This document shows positions 9,475 through 20,144 of a DNA stretch of 64,000 nt, piece by piece. Origin of the DNA: an uncultured Nitrososphaeraceae archaeon (lineage in GTDB: Archaea; Thermoproteota; Nitrososphaeria; Nitrososphaerales; Nitrososphaeraceae); contig CAWIMJ010000025.1 of NCBI GenBank assembly GCA_963837175.1, positions 32,001 to 96,000 on the forward strand, read 5' to 3'. How positions within the stretch are numbered: position 1 is the stretch's first letter; every line of letters begins with the position of its first letter. The notes under the pieces were generated by a model that was given only the letters and a program-made list of their open reading frames with translations, did not search any database and was not told where the DNA came from. A program made the position numbers and the translations under genes.

Positions 9475-12213
9475 TTACCCCAAGACCGTTTTCATAACTA
9501 ATTCTTCTGCTGAAAGTAACGCCTCTTGTATTTTTGCTTTCAATTTCCCCCCACCTTGGCCAAATGTCTCACTTCCTCCTCCTGAGCCTCCAAGATGACT
9601 CGAAAGTTGTTTTGCAATAAGGCCAGCTTTGATTTTTCTAGCTCTTGCTTTTTCACCGACAAAGACAATTACGCGAATTCCTTGACCCTTAGAGACTAGA
9701 GCGATATAAACAAGCAATGGATCTATTTCGATAGATTTTTCCCCTACAGCAATATAATACTCCTCATCTAGTTCGTCATCATAAATATTGTAGAGTTTAA
9801 TTCCTTGTGGTACAAGTTGTCGTCCCTCCGCAGAAATTGACTTTGCTATTAAAGGTGCAGTTTTTCGTAACATTATCTTGACCTTTTTCTTTATCTCTTC
9901 TGACTCCTCAAGGCTTTTTTGGAATGTCTCAACCACCTTTTCTCGGCTCGAACCTAAAGATCGTGCAATAACATTGAGCTGATTTTCCTGCTTTTGTATA
10001 TAGTTCAATGCAGCTTGCCCAGCTGCGAATTCTAATCTTACTATGCCGTCTTGAATTCTTTCTGCTTTTATTATTTTGATAAGCCCTATTTCACCACTTC
10101 GGCTAATGTGAGTTCCTCCACACGCTTCGATGTCCCAGCCCTCAATATTTACAATTCTAATATTGTTACTTGGAACCGCGCCGCCTTGATAGATTCTAAA
10201 TGAGTATTGTTGTTCAGCATCGCCGCGGTCATATAACTTGATTCTAACCGGCAAATTACGTCTGATTACATCATTTGCAGTCTGTTCAATTCTTTCAACT
10301 TCTTCCCTATTAAGAGCAGAATGATGAGTGATATCAAGTCTGGCGTAGCCTTCTTCCTTAAAGGCAGAATTTTGCCAGACCCAGGATCCAAGGTTAATTC
10401 TGGAAGATGTATTAAGGATGTGTGTTGCAGTGTGATGTTTAGTAATTAGATCTCGTCTTCGACCATTTATGGTTGCAGAGACGGTTTTTCCTTCAATAAA
10501 ATCTTTTTCCCTTGCATCGTTTAGCTTATGAATGACAATGTCTGACTGTTTCATCACTTCGATAACTTTTATATCATCAATGTCTCCATGATCTGGTTCT
10601 TGGCCACCACCACGAGGATAAAAGGCAGTTTGATCTAAAATAATATATTTATTATCTATTATCTTGATGATCTTCGCAGTAAATTTACGGATAGTTTCAT
10701 CTTCATAATATAATAGCCTCGTAGGTGCAAGATTTTCAAGACCGTATATGGGTTCTTGAGCCTGTGCTGATGCTTGACTCGTGTGAAGTTCGGCGAGCTT
10801 TGTATAAAAAGTAGAAGGAATGCTTTCTATTGCTCCTGATTCCATTAAAAAGTCTGGAGTGATACCGTCAGATTCATACATTCTAATGAGATCCTCAACT
10901 ATTATTTTCTTTTTATTATTTTTTATAGCAGCAGCGATTGATTCCATTCTTTCTCTAGACCCTATGTATCTACTGGATTCAATCTGAAGAATTGTTCGAA
11001 CATCTTCCCTATAATCTTCAAGTTCGGGATACATCTGTTTAAGATAATCAATATGAATATCAGCAACATCTTCAAGTTTTATGTTCCAACCGAGTCTATC
11101 TATTATTGAAAGCGCTCTTCTTAGTATCACTCTAAGATTATATCCTCCGCCCACATTTGACGGAAGAGATCCGTCTGAAATTGCAAATAATAACGTACGA
11201 CTATGATCTGCAATAGTGTAAATTGCTTCGTAAGGAGTAATCATTTTTACAAGCTGATCCTTGGAGATTTCTAATTCCTTAGCAATGAAAGACTTCAATT
11301 CTTTGATATCTCTGTTCATATCGTCAACTTTACTAGAAGCTGCCTCAAAGTATTTGGATAAAAGGCCTGAATCTTCACAAGTGCCGACGGTTCCAAGTAA
11401 TTGTTGTACAACTGGACCGAAAGAGCAATCATAACTTGTAGGTGTTCCCATTGTAATCCATGACAAGCGCTCAAGTCCCGCTCCCATATCGATAATCCTG
11501 TTTGACATTACACGATAGCTATTCTCATTTCCTTCAAATTCCGTAAAAACGGCATTGCCTAATTCTAGGCCACTTACAAAATATTCCAAGGAGTATCCAA
11601 ACGCCCCAGCACCCATCCAGACGTCTTCAACAAAGGTAATTTCTTCTGGAGCTATTCCAAGACCCTTTGTAAGCATCCCGTAATCCAAATCAATACACTT
11701 ATCTTTCCAATAACCACCAGTTGCATCGGCATTGCAAGTCTGTCCGATCATACAAAATCCTGTGTAGTGCCTACCGCTCAAACCTACATTTTCAATGTCG
11801 TTAAAACGTAAGCACATTTGCGGTACAAGCAGTGGATTTGAAGGCAATTCAAAAACTACTTTGCTTCCTACAACTCTTTGAAAATCAACAATTGATGCTA
11901 TTGTAAAATACAGATCCTCTCGCCACCTACAGACAACTGGATAACGTCTAATTATTGAATGACTGTTTGAACTGAAATATTCTTTTACTTCCTTCCAAGC
12001 GTTAACGTAATCTAATCGCTTTCTTGTTGGAGGTTTGCCTATAAAACTATAGTTTTCATGAACAGGGCAAAATGTCCTTTCAACTATTGCCCAGAAGAAA
12101 TTGCTACATATATTGCATTTCTGCCTAATGAATCCCTTTCTATTAAACAATGATACTCTATAATATTTGTCAGGATTAGATGAAAAGAGACTAGCAAGTT
12201 CCTTTTTTCTCAA
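9475..12213 (-). CDS. alaS: alanine--tRNA ligase (archaeal type)
   Basis: WREDLYFTIASI, DMGAGLER, HHTATH and ACGGTH editing motifs; GGSGGG C-Ala region. Confidence 0.97.
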   Translation of the reverse strand: MRKKELASLFSSNPDKYYRVSLFNRKGFIRQKCNICSNFFWAIVERTFCPVHENYSFIGKPPTRKRLDYVNAWKEVKEYFSSNSHSIIRRYPVVCRWREDLYFTIASIVDFQRVVGSKVVFELPSNPLLVPQMCLRFNDIENVGLSGRHYTGFCMIGQTCNADATGGYWKDKCIDLDYGMLTKGLGIAPEEITFVEDVWMGAGAFGYSLEYFVSGLELGNAVFTEFEGNENSYRVMSNRIIDMGAGLERLSWITMGTPTSYDCSFGPVVQQLLGTVGTCEDSGLLSKYFEAASSKVDDMNRDIKELKSFIAKELEISKDQLVKMITPYEAIYTIADHSRTLLFAISDGSLPSNVGGGYNLRVILRRALSIIDRLGWNIKLEDVADIHIDYLKQMYPELEDYREDVRTILQIESSRYIGSRERMESIAAAIKNNKKKIIVEDLIRMYESDGITPDFLMESGAIESIPSTFYTKLAELHTSQASAQAQEPIYGLENLAPTRLLYYEDETIRKFTAKIIKIIDNKYIILDQTAFYPRGGGQEPDHGDIDDIKVIEVMKQSDIVIHKLNDAREKDFIEGKTVSATINGRRRDLITKHHTATHILNTSSRINLGSWVWQNSAFKEEGYARLDITHHSALNREEVERIEQTANDVIRRNLPVRIKLYDRGDAEQQYSFRIYQGGAVPSNNIRIVNIEGWDIEACGGTHISRSGEIGLIKIIKAERIQDGIVRLEFAAGQAALNYIQKQENQLNVIARSLGSSREKVVETFQKSLEESEEIKKKVKIMLRKTAPLIAKSISAEGRQLVPQGIKLYNIYDDELDEEYYIAVGEKSIEIDPLLVYIALVSKGQGIRVIVFVGEKARARKIKAGLIAKQLSSHLGGSGGGSETFGQGGGKLKAKIQEALLSAEELVMKTVLG

Positions 12214-12295
12214 TGCTTGCTATCCGTGGCAAGTAACGATATTAATGCTTTTGTAGAGAATAAAAATAAAAGAAGGTAGCCATTGATATAGCAAT

Positions 12296-12640
12296 TTAAG
12301 CCTTTGAAAGTGACTGTTCTATAAATTTCTGATATGCTTCTTTGGGAGCAGCACCTATTGTTCTTGCAATTTCCTTACCTGCTTTGAACAATAATAGTGA
12401 GGGTATTGACTGAATGCCGTACTTCCTGGCGATTTCTTGGTTTTCATCGACATTTAGCTTTGCTACCTTTATCTTGTCATTCATTGTTTGTGATAGCTGC
12501 TCGACAGCTGGCCCAACCATCCTACAAGGGCCACACCATTCAGCCCAAAAGTCTACTAATACTGGCAAATCTGAATTTATAACATCAGTCTCCCAAGACT
12601 TTGTTGTTACATGAATTACATTTTCACTTTTGCTTTCCAT
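12296..12640 (-). CDS. trxA: thioredoxin
   Basis: WCGPC active site. Confidence 0.97.
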   Translation of the reverse strand: MESKSENVIHVTTKSWETDVINSDLPVLVDFWAEWCGPCRMVGPAVEQLSQTMNDKIKVAKLNVDENQEIARKYGIQSIPSLLLFKAGKEIARTIGAAPKEAYQKFIEQSLSKA

Positions 12641-13082
12641 TATTTTCAGTTATTTGGATCCCTATTTGAATTGTATTGTAATATAGCAATCTAATATCTT
12701 TCAATAAATCCACTGCAACAGCTTTCGCCTATCGTAATAATAGCCACTTTTTAAGTCAAAGAGAAAACATTAACTTCGAATGTTGGTAACTAAAAATAGA
12801 GTAGGGTATGTCGTAATACTTGCATATATGACATAGAGAACCTTAGATTGAGGACTATTTTATATTCCTCACCAATAGTTATATAATATATCAATTTGAT
12901 TTTATTATTTCTGAATTTATATGTCAAGACATCCACAAATAGACTCCTGTGATAGCAACTCCCGTTATTACTTTGCATTCAATGTACCACAAATATTATG
13001 ATAATAGAGAGAACTTGGTTATAATTTTGCTCGAAATATTATGTTTTAATATTCAAAGGATAATTATAATTTATCATACAAA

Positions 13083-13469
13083 TTGACAAGTGCAAATAAT
13101 TTCGCATTAGAACAAGCAAAATCAACAAAAGCTATAGAGTGGATGAATTCATATGCTAAGATGAAAAATAAAAAATTTGAAGCTAGAGTAGAGGAATATT
13201 CTTTATCTACTTTAAAATTTGGTAATTTCGACGCAATATATTGGAAGGGTGATTGGTCAGCAGCTCGCTCCATAATCATTAAAGCAAGCAGCAAGTTAAA
13301 TATGAAAGTTATAGAGGCAGGTTACCATAAAAAAGGCAATCTTGTGTCATTGCTCCTTGGTGGTAGGGATGAAATCGCCAAGGTATACAGCGGCGGAAAC
13401 CTTATTGGCAACATAGTATTAAAATCAAAATCAGGTAAGTGGATTGTAAAATCAGAAAAACCAATTTAA
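13083..13469 (+). CDS. hypothetical protein
   Basis: 128 aa ORF with protein-like composition; no motif recognised. Confidence 0.65.
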   Translation: MTSANNFALEQAKSTKAIEWMNSYAKMKNKKFEARVEEYSLSTLKFGNFDAIYWKGDWSAARSIIIKASSKLNMKVIEAGYHKKGNLVSLLLGGRDEIAKVYSGGNLIGNIVLKSKSGKWIVKSEKPI

Positions 13470-13531
13470 GGATATACAAACGATTCAATATAATGTATAA
13501 TCTAGTAACATTTGTTTCGATGATCAATAAA

Positions 13532-13975
13532 CTATCTTTGCGAAAATTGTTCGACCTGCTTTTTTAAAGCGACATTCATTTCGCTAAGAGTATGTCTTAT
13601 ATCATTTTCCAATCGGTCACCTGCAAGATATGCTCCTACTCCAGTAAAAATTTCTCTATGAAAAAAAAGCACACTACTTCCTCCAATCGGGTCTATAGTA
13701 AAAATGCGTTCACCATTGAATATCCCTGGGAAAAACGATTTTCCGAACCAACGTAGTTCATGATTTGGTTCGAGCTTTGTGATAGTAGGTTTATAAATCC
13801 TGTTTTTACCGCTTCTAGTTCTAAGGTGAACTTCCAACTTTGTTTTAACCTTTGCTTCTCCCTTTATTTCAATAATAACAGGGTTCCATTTACTAAAGCT
13901 TGGGAAATCTGTAAGTACCTGCCACACACGTTCTGAAGATGCCATGATTTCAAGTTCGGTATTAATTTCTTTCAA
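13532..13975 (-). CDS. SRPBCC/polyketide cyclase family protein
   Basis: ERVWQVLTDF..WNP, ELRW and MNVALKKQVE patterns. Confidence 0.85.
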   Translation of the reverse strand: MKEINTELEIMASSERVWQVLTDFPSFSKWNPVIIEIKGEAKVKTKLEVHLRTRSGKNRIYKPTITKLEPNHELRWFGKSFFPGIFNGERIFTIDPIGGSSVLFFHREIFTGVGAYLAGDRLENDIRHTLSEMNVALKKQVEQFSQR

Positions 13976-14323
13976 TAGCAGTCAGTTTCTAATTATTAAA
14001 CGTCAATAGCACTTAAACGTATTTTGGTAGTACCACAATTAGCTCTTCATGTTTGTATCCCATTCATGAATTTATTCTCAATAATTAAAGAGAAGTTGTC
14101 TAAATCGCATGAATATGACTTTAGGTTTCTTCTACTACTCTCTCATTCTAGCATTTTCTAACATATTCCATAATTCTTAAATGTACATTTCAAATCTATA
14201 CTTTTTTCTGTGGATATTCATCAATTCTTATATATTTCAACTGTCATTTGTTATTAGTCTATCTACAGAAGATTTGGATAAAATTATTATTATACATCTA
14301 CTGAATATAATGAAGGATCGCTA

Positions 14324-14500
14324 TCAAATACGGATACCTGATGAATACCAATTTCCATGTGATGCTTCTTGAAACACTATTATGACTTCTTTTTTCTCGA
14401 CCTTAAGTATTTTCGCCACGTCCTCTGTAATTGCCTCTGCCAATCTATCTTTTTCTCTTTGGGTTCTACCGCTATACATTGCCACGGTGATTATTGGCAC
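14324..14500 (-). CDS. 4-oxalocrotonate tautomerase family protein
   Basis: GTG start at 14500 exposes catalytic Pro1 (PIITVAMYSGRTQREKDRLAEAIT); 58 aa. Confidence 0.9.
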   Translation of the reverse strand: MPIITVAMYSGRTQREKDRLAEAITEDVAKILKVEKKEVIIVFQEASHGNWYSSGIRI

Positions 14501-14698
14501 GGAGAGAATTGTCACAAGCAATAGATAAGAATTGCTGCTTTGTATCTAAATATTATATACCGTAATAGATATTACTAATTGTTTTGTGGTTAGATTAGAA
14601 GATGGAAATTCCAACTATTACACTTAGATGTCAGATAATATATTTCTACTCAAATGTGGCGTGTAAATCTAGTATATATACACAACAATTCTCTAGCA

Positions 14699-15490
14699 GG
14701 CTCTGTTCACTTAAGAACATCATCATCTCATTTTGAATAAGTTTATTATGAATATCCACAAACATACTCAACCAATTTATAACGTGATACAATTTGCATC
14801 TTTTCTTCTTCTTCTTAGTACAAGTAAAATAATAATCATCATCAAAACTTTCAGTCCTGTCCTTAAAATATTGTACTGTTCTTTCTTTCTATATATGATA
14901 TACTTTTTTCAAATGAAGAATATATGTAGATGATGATGATGTTTTAATTTCAGAAATTTGCAGGCTTGTGGTGGTGGTATGATACCATGTACCACCGCCA
15001 TCTGAAGATACTTTACTTTATGTTTTGCCTATTTTATTACTAAATGCTTCAGAAACTGTTCTGCTGCTACTACAATCATATTTCTTCTTCTTTCCAATGA
15101 AAGATGAATTCCTAAAACTTACTTCCTTATTTATTGGATGGTTCTATAATAGCAACCAACCCATAACCAGAAATAGTCCTTGCCTATTTGAATGAATTAG
15201 GGTTTCATCAATGATAAATTCAGAAATCCTTTTTCTTTTACACAGTATATTTTTTGAGGATTATAATGATGCTGCTGTAACCACTTTTAAATTGAAACAT
15301 GACTTCTTTTTTTAACAAATGGAGATAAAGCTTTTGTGGACGTATCTCTAAAAGATAATCCTAAAAAATAAATATAAGTATAACCCATAACAAACGTACT
15401 TTGCAGACGTTCTGTTTCTTTTAAATAAATATGTGCATAAAAGAAGTAGGATTCATCCAGCTATAGATTTATCGCTAAGTTAACAGAGCC
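14699..15490 (-). mobile_element. IS6-family insertion sequence remnant (transposase pseudogene)
   Basis: TIRs GGCTCTGTTCACTTA / TAAGTTAACAGAGCC; minus-strand fragments EFIIDET, WLWV and SDGGGTWY; CTCTAGCA on both flanks (14691-14698 and 15492-15499). Confidence 0.88.
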
Positions 15491-15877
15491 CCTCTAGCAT
15501 GTAATCATCTCTATCTTCTGTATGTTGCGAGTTAGTCCATTATTCTTTTTAGGATTTCTTAACCCAATCTGAATTTTCATACTAACATGAAATCTTCGGA
15601 TATTACAATGTTATTTCTTGGTTTAATAATACATGATATTCAGCTTGTCAATCGTTAACATTCTAGTAGTATAGATCTTTGACTGGGGTATAAGTGTGGT
15701 TTATTACTTCCGTTTTTATATCCTCCTCATACTAAGATGTCAACATACTTTTTATATTTTCAATTTGTTGCTCTTGTTAAATTTTATACTCTCAATTCTG
15801 TTTTTTTAAGTTATTACAACGAGGCTAAGTAAAAGATGTCCTCTTCATAGTTTTGCTAAAATTAGAATAAATCTAGT

Positions 15878-16549
15878 TTATAAATTTCTTTTATAAAGCA
15901 ACAGTATTGCATTTACTATCGATGAGGCAACAGGACTACCTCCCTTTCTGCCCACATTGAAAATAGATGGAGTATTGATCTTATTAAGTTCTTCTTTGGA
16001 TTCCGAAGCAGAAACAAAACCTACTGGAATCCCCACAACAAGTGCAGGTTTTGTCACATTCTCTCTAACCATCTTTATTATTTCATATAAAGCAGTTGGA
16101 GCATTACCAATGGCCACTATTCCACCATTAATTTCCTCTGCAGCATACCTCATTGCCATTTCTGATCTAGTTTTATTAAGTTTGCGAGCTTTATCGGTTA
16201 CTATTTTATCAGAAATATAACATGCAGTCTTCAGTCCTAAGTCAGTAATAGATTTTTTATTCAGTGCAGATAACACCATATCTACATCAGTGACAATATT
16301 ACATTTATTTTTAATAGCATTGAATGCAGAATCGATAGGATTGTTGTTGAATATTATTTTTCCTGTCCGCGCAAAATCGAAATCTGCAGTGGCATGAATT
16401 GCTCGACGTACAATAGCCCATTCTAATTCATTATAACTGTGAGAACCTACTTCAGAATCGATTATATCAAAGCTTAATTTTTCAATATCAAATGCTTTTT
16501 CTGACATTTCTCTTCCTAAGGCAGTTTGGATATTATCTTTAGAAGACAA
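15878..16549 (-). CDS. cbiC: precorrin-8X / cobalt-precorrin-8 methylmutase
   Basis: RRAIHATADF, IGNAPTAL, GIPVGFV and GRKGGS; likely TTG start at 16549 (track gives 16564). Confidence 0.95.
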   Translation of the reverse strand: MSSKDNIQTALGREMSEKAFDIEKLSFDIIDSEVGSHSYNELEWAIVRRAIHATADFDFARTGKIIFNNNPIDSAFNAIKNKCNIVTDVDMVLSALNKKSITDLGLKTACYISDKIVTDKARKLNKTRSEMAMRYAAEEINGGIVAIGNAPTALYEIIKMVRENVTKPALVVGIPVGFVSASESKEELNKINTPSIFNVGRKGGSPVASSIVNAILLLYKRNL

Positions 16550-17298
16550 TTTTTTGTTCCACATCTCGCGTACGCTCCAGGTACAAGGTCGACCAATTTT
16601 TCATCTACTCCCAAATGCCTTGCCATAAACACATTTTTGAAGCTATATTTTTTTAATGCGGAATTGACGTCATTAATAACGTCGCGTTTAATATGAGCAC
16701 CTTTATGTAAGAAGTATGGCAGCAACAAAATAATTTTTGGATTGTACTCCAACACATTTCTTATGCCATCATCTATATCTGGAGCGTCTAATTCAAGAAA
16801 ACAAAAGGCAACTCTGCGATAATATGGTTTTAGGCTATTTACAGTATAAAGTAGTGCATCCCTCGCATTCTTGTCGCTGCTCCCATGTCCTATCACAAGA
16901 ATATCACATTCAGAGTTAGGATAATGAATCTTTTGTTCATTTTTTAATTGATTAATTCTGTCAATTACCACTTCAGTCATCATAGAATGGTAGCTTAATG
17001 GCTTGGCTATCACCAATTTCAAATTTCTTATCCTCGCTATTTTGGCACTTTTCTTAACCGAATCTTTTAGCTTCATACCCGGATATAGAAAATAGGGCAT
17101 GACTGTTATGAACTCAGCACCGTTCTCAACACATTTTTTAATTCCCTCTTCTATGAAGGGTGGCAGAACTTCCAGAAAGCAATAATCCGTATAATGATAC
17201 TCTCCTTTGCGTTTAGCAATTGAACATATATGCCGAAGCTCTTCTCTCACATCTGCTTCTCTGCTTCCCCTATCAATGATGAGCAGTGCTCTTTTCAA
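16516..17298 (-). CDS. cbiX: sirohydrochlorin cobaltochelatase CbiX (two-domain); probable frameshift near C-terminus
   Basis: Two CbiX repeats (GSR..FLE..PYFL; GHGS..FLEL..PYFLHKGAHIKRD); removing one base near 16580 gives a stop at 16539. Confidence 0.9.
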   Translation of the reverse strand: MKRALLIIDRGSREADVREELRHICSIAKRKGEYHYTDYCFLEVLPPFIEEGIKKCVENGAEFITVMPYFLYPGMKLKDSVKKSAKIARIRNLKLVIAKPLSYHSMMTEVVIDRINQLKNEQKIHYPNSECDILVIGHGSSDKNARDALLYTVNSLKPYYRRVAFCFLELDAPDIDDGIRNVLEYNPKIILLLPYFLHKGAHIKRDVINDVNSALKKYSFKNVFMARHLGVDEKLVDLVPGAYARCGTKNCLLKIISKLP

Positions 17299-18369
17299 TT
17301 AATCAAACTTCACCCTAGATACGGCTACAGTGAGATTAGGTGGAAATTTTTGTTTCGGAACTATTAACTCACCTTTTGAACTTAAAATTGACGAAGCTTC
17401 TGAAACGCTAGGGGTACCTTCAAACTTTTGCACTATCTTGGATGGATTTGGCACTATGACTTGACCTAGTTTGCCTTTATCATATATTTCAACAGGAATT
17501 CCATACTTCTCAGAAAATTCTTGCAATCCCTTTATCTTTCCTTCTTTATTAATGGATGCTATATTGCGAATGCTCTTAAAGCTTAATCCTTTATCTTTCA
17601 ATACGTTTATTACTCCAGTTTCAATAATATCTTTAGTTGTGTCTCTGTGAAGTCCTATTCCCACTACCAGACTCTTAGGTCTATATATTACTGACTTTTC
17701 CAATATGACTGGATCATCGACTATTTTATCTGAGATAATTAATGCTCCCTTGAAATCTGGCACTTTCAATTCACAAAGATCTTTAGTTAGGATTACGTTT
17801 TGTGGAAATGACTTTGGATGCCACCAATTCTTCTCACCTGTGTCCTGATAAAGACCTATTTTCTCTTCATTAACCATAAAGGCACTGACCTTTGTAACAT
17901 TCTCATAATTTTCTATTTTCCAACCAAAGTCTCTTCCAACTAAATCGACTGGAATAGTTTCATTAACATCTGCAGCAGTTGTTATTACTGGCTTTGAGTT
18001 AAGATATGAAGCAATCAATCGTGTTAGAGCATTGGCTCCTCCAAGATGCCCAGACAATGTACTGATAACGAAATTTGCTTTATCATCAATTACAAGAACA
18101 GCAGGATCAGTCTTCTTATCTACAAGAATAGGTGCGATTATCCGTATAACTGCACCGAGCGAAAATACACATATTAATGCGTCATATCTTTTAAAGAGAT
18201 TTGCAACCATTTCGGTAGTTTGCTTATCAAACCAATGTATATCATCCTCTGAATCAACAAGTTTTATTGGAGCATAGATCTCTGCTCGTTGTAGGTTATC
18301 CTTTATTTTACGAGCGATCGCGATTCCATGCTTTGTAATTGCTACAACTGCTATCTTCTCATTTATCAA
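17299..18369 (-). CDS. cbiG: cobalt-precorrin-5A hydrolase CbiG
   Basis: DKKTDPAVLVIDD, LSGHLGGAN, PVITTA and SVSEAS; likely TTG start at 18369. Confidence 0.93.
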   Translation of the reverse strand: MINEKIAVVAITKHGIAIARKIKDNLQRAEIYAPIKLVDSEDDIHWFDKQTTEMVANLFKRYDALICVFSLGAVIRIIAPILVDKKTDPAVLVIDDKANFVISTLSGHLGGANALTRLIASYLNSKPVITTAADVNETIPVDLVGRDFGWKIENYENVTKVSAFMVNEEKIGLYQDTGEKNWWHPKSFPQNVILTKDLCELKVPDFKGALIISDKIVDDPVILEKSVIYRPKSLVVGIGLHRDTTKDIIETGVINVLKDKGLSFKSIRNIASINKEGKIKGLQEFSEKYGIPVEIYDKGKLGQVIVPNPSKIVQKFEGTPSVSEASSILSSKGELIVPKQKFPPNLTVAVSRVKFD

Positions 18370-18475
18370 GTAATATATAAGCTGCAATTCGATAGGGAAA
18401 ATAATCTTTTGCATTATTGTATGATTTCGCTGAGTCAGCGGTTGAATTATATTGTCTGAAAGATAATTTCTTTAA

Positions 18476-19969
18476 ATTAAGACTCTCCAACGTTCAAATA
18501 GAATATTATTAATATCAATACCTCTGATACTTGCCACGTTTACACATATTTGGAATCCTATAGGATTTCCTGATATTTTCTACGACGAAGGGATCTACAT
18601 GCGTAGAGCCATGCATGTATTGGAAGGCTTTGGACCACAGGAATCATACTTTTACGATCATCCTTTCTTTGGACAGGTTTTTTTGGCAGCTACTTTAGCA
18701 ATAATTGGTTATCCTGATTCATTGAACCCTGAGTCAGAAGATATCCGTTCAATTGAAATGCTATATATTGTTCCTAGAATAATAATAGGAATTCTTGCTG
18801 TTATTGATACTCTAATTATCTATATAATATCAGAACGTTGTTACAACTGGAAGGTTGCCCTATTTGCCTCTCTTCTATTTGCCGTGATGCCAATAACTTG
18901 GCTCACTAGACGAATATTGTTAGATTCCATCCTTTTACCATTTCTTTTATCTTCAATACTTTTTGCAATTTACCTTAGGTATTCAAATCACAAATTTGTT
19001 CCTATTTTGATATCAGGAATTTCTTTAGGATTAGCTATATTTACAAAGACTCCAATAGTTACAATTATTCCATTAGTAGCCTTTCTAATTTTTAAGAATA
19101 GTGATAAGAATGCAAAGATGCTTGGTTTATGGTTCGTCCCTGTCATCTTGATTCCGTTAATATGGCCTGCTCATGCAGCGTATTTTGGTCAATTCGATTT
19201 TTGGTTGAAAGATATTACATGGCAGACGCAACGGCACAATAATGGATTCAGTTCTATAGTTACTTCTTTTTTTCAGATTGATCCAGTCTTACTGATACTG
19301 AGTTCTGTTGGAATTGTGTTTGCAGCACTAGAGAAGAATTATTTCCTTTTGTTATGGATAATCCCATTCACGATATTCCTATCAGTTATTGGCTTTGCAC
19401 AATACTTCTATTGGATACCAATACTGCCGGCTTGTTGCATCGCTGTATCTAGATTTATTATTCGTCAGTTAGAAAATATAGCCAATCCAAAATTTAGAAG
19501 AATGCTTTTGTTCGCCATAAGCTCAGGAATAGTAATTTTTGGATTAGTAAATAACACTATGTTAATAATGACTGATATCTCCGGCGGCCAGTTTCAGGCA
19601 GCAGCGTCTGCCTTCAAATACCTTCAAGGAAATGAGAATGACAATAAAAATAGCAGTTCCAATGTAACGTTGATTTCAAGCCCGGTTTATTCCTGGATAT
19701 TTAATTATGTATTTAATAAACAGCACATATTTTCAGACTATCGAGATCTTCTTTATTCGCCTGTCCACACAAAAAAAATCCTTTTAATAGCTGATCCTCA
19801 TCTTAAGTCAAATATTGGTTCAGGTGAACTACACGATATATACGAGAATACAACGGTCATTAAGACCTTCATAGGAGACGTATTGAATTTTGATCTCCAT
19901 AAATATCCATATACGAGCATGGTCAAAAATTATGAGGGCAGTATAATAGAAATAAGAATAAGATCTTGA
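18476..19969 (+). CDS. GT-C fold membrane glycosyltransferase (ArnT/PMT-like, family 39-like)
   Basis: Many TM segments, DHPFFG motif; frame stays open 41 codons upstream of ATG 18599 and includes a TM helix and FYDEGIY; true start uncertain. Confidence 0.8.
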   Translation: MKTLQRSNRILLISIPLILATFTHIWNPIGFPDIFYDEGIYMRRAMHVLEGFGPQESYFYDHPFFGQVFLAATLAIIGYPDSLNPESEDIRSIEMLYIVPRIIIGILAVIDTLIIYIISERCYNWKVALFASLLFAVMPITWLTRRILLDSILLPFLLSSILFAIYLRYSNHKFVPILISGISLGLAIFTKTPIVTIIPLVAFLIFKNSDKNAKMLGLWFVPVILIPLIWPAHAAYFGQFDFWLKDITWQTQRHNNGFSSIVTSFFQIDPVLLILSSVGIVFAALEKNYFLLLWIIPFTIFLSVIGFAQYFYWIPILPACCIAVSRFIIRQLENIANPKFRRMLLFAISSGIVIFGLVNNTMLIMTDISGGQFQAAASAFKYLQGNENDNKNSSSNVTLISSPVYSWIFNYVFNKQHIFSDYRDLLYSPVHTKKILLIADPHLKSNIGSGELHDIYENTTVIKTFIGDVLNFDLHKYPYTSMVKNYEGSIIEIRIRS

Positions 19970-20144
19970 ACTTATCATACAATATCTAAAATAAATATAT
20001 AGTACATCTTCTTAAATAACTATAAGATTTTATAGATATATAATGAAAGTACCCCAATCAATTGAACTATCCTTTAAAGACCCTGCAACAATATCTAACG
20101 AATTACAAGACATAAGCATTTTAGATGACATCGAGATTCTATTT

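Noticed and set aside
14733-14933. 66-aa plus-strand ORF
   Set aside because: Lies within the IS6 remnant, antisense to the degraded transposase
15878-17298. CbiX-CbiC fusion by frameshift
   Set aside because: The most plausible single-base correction terminates CbiX at 16539 instead of joining the cbiC frame
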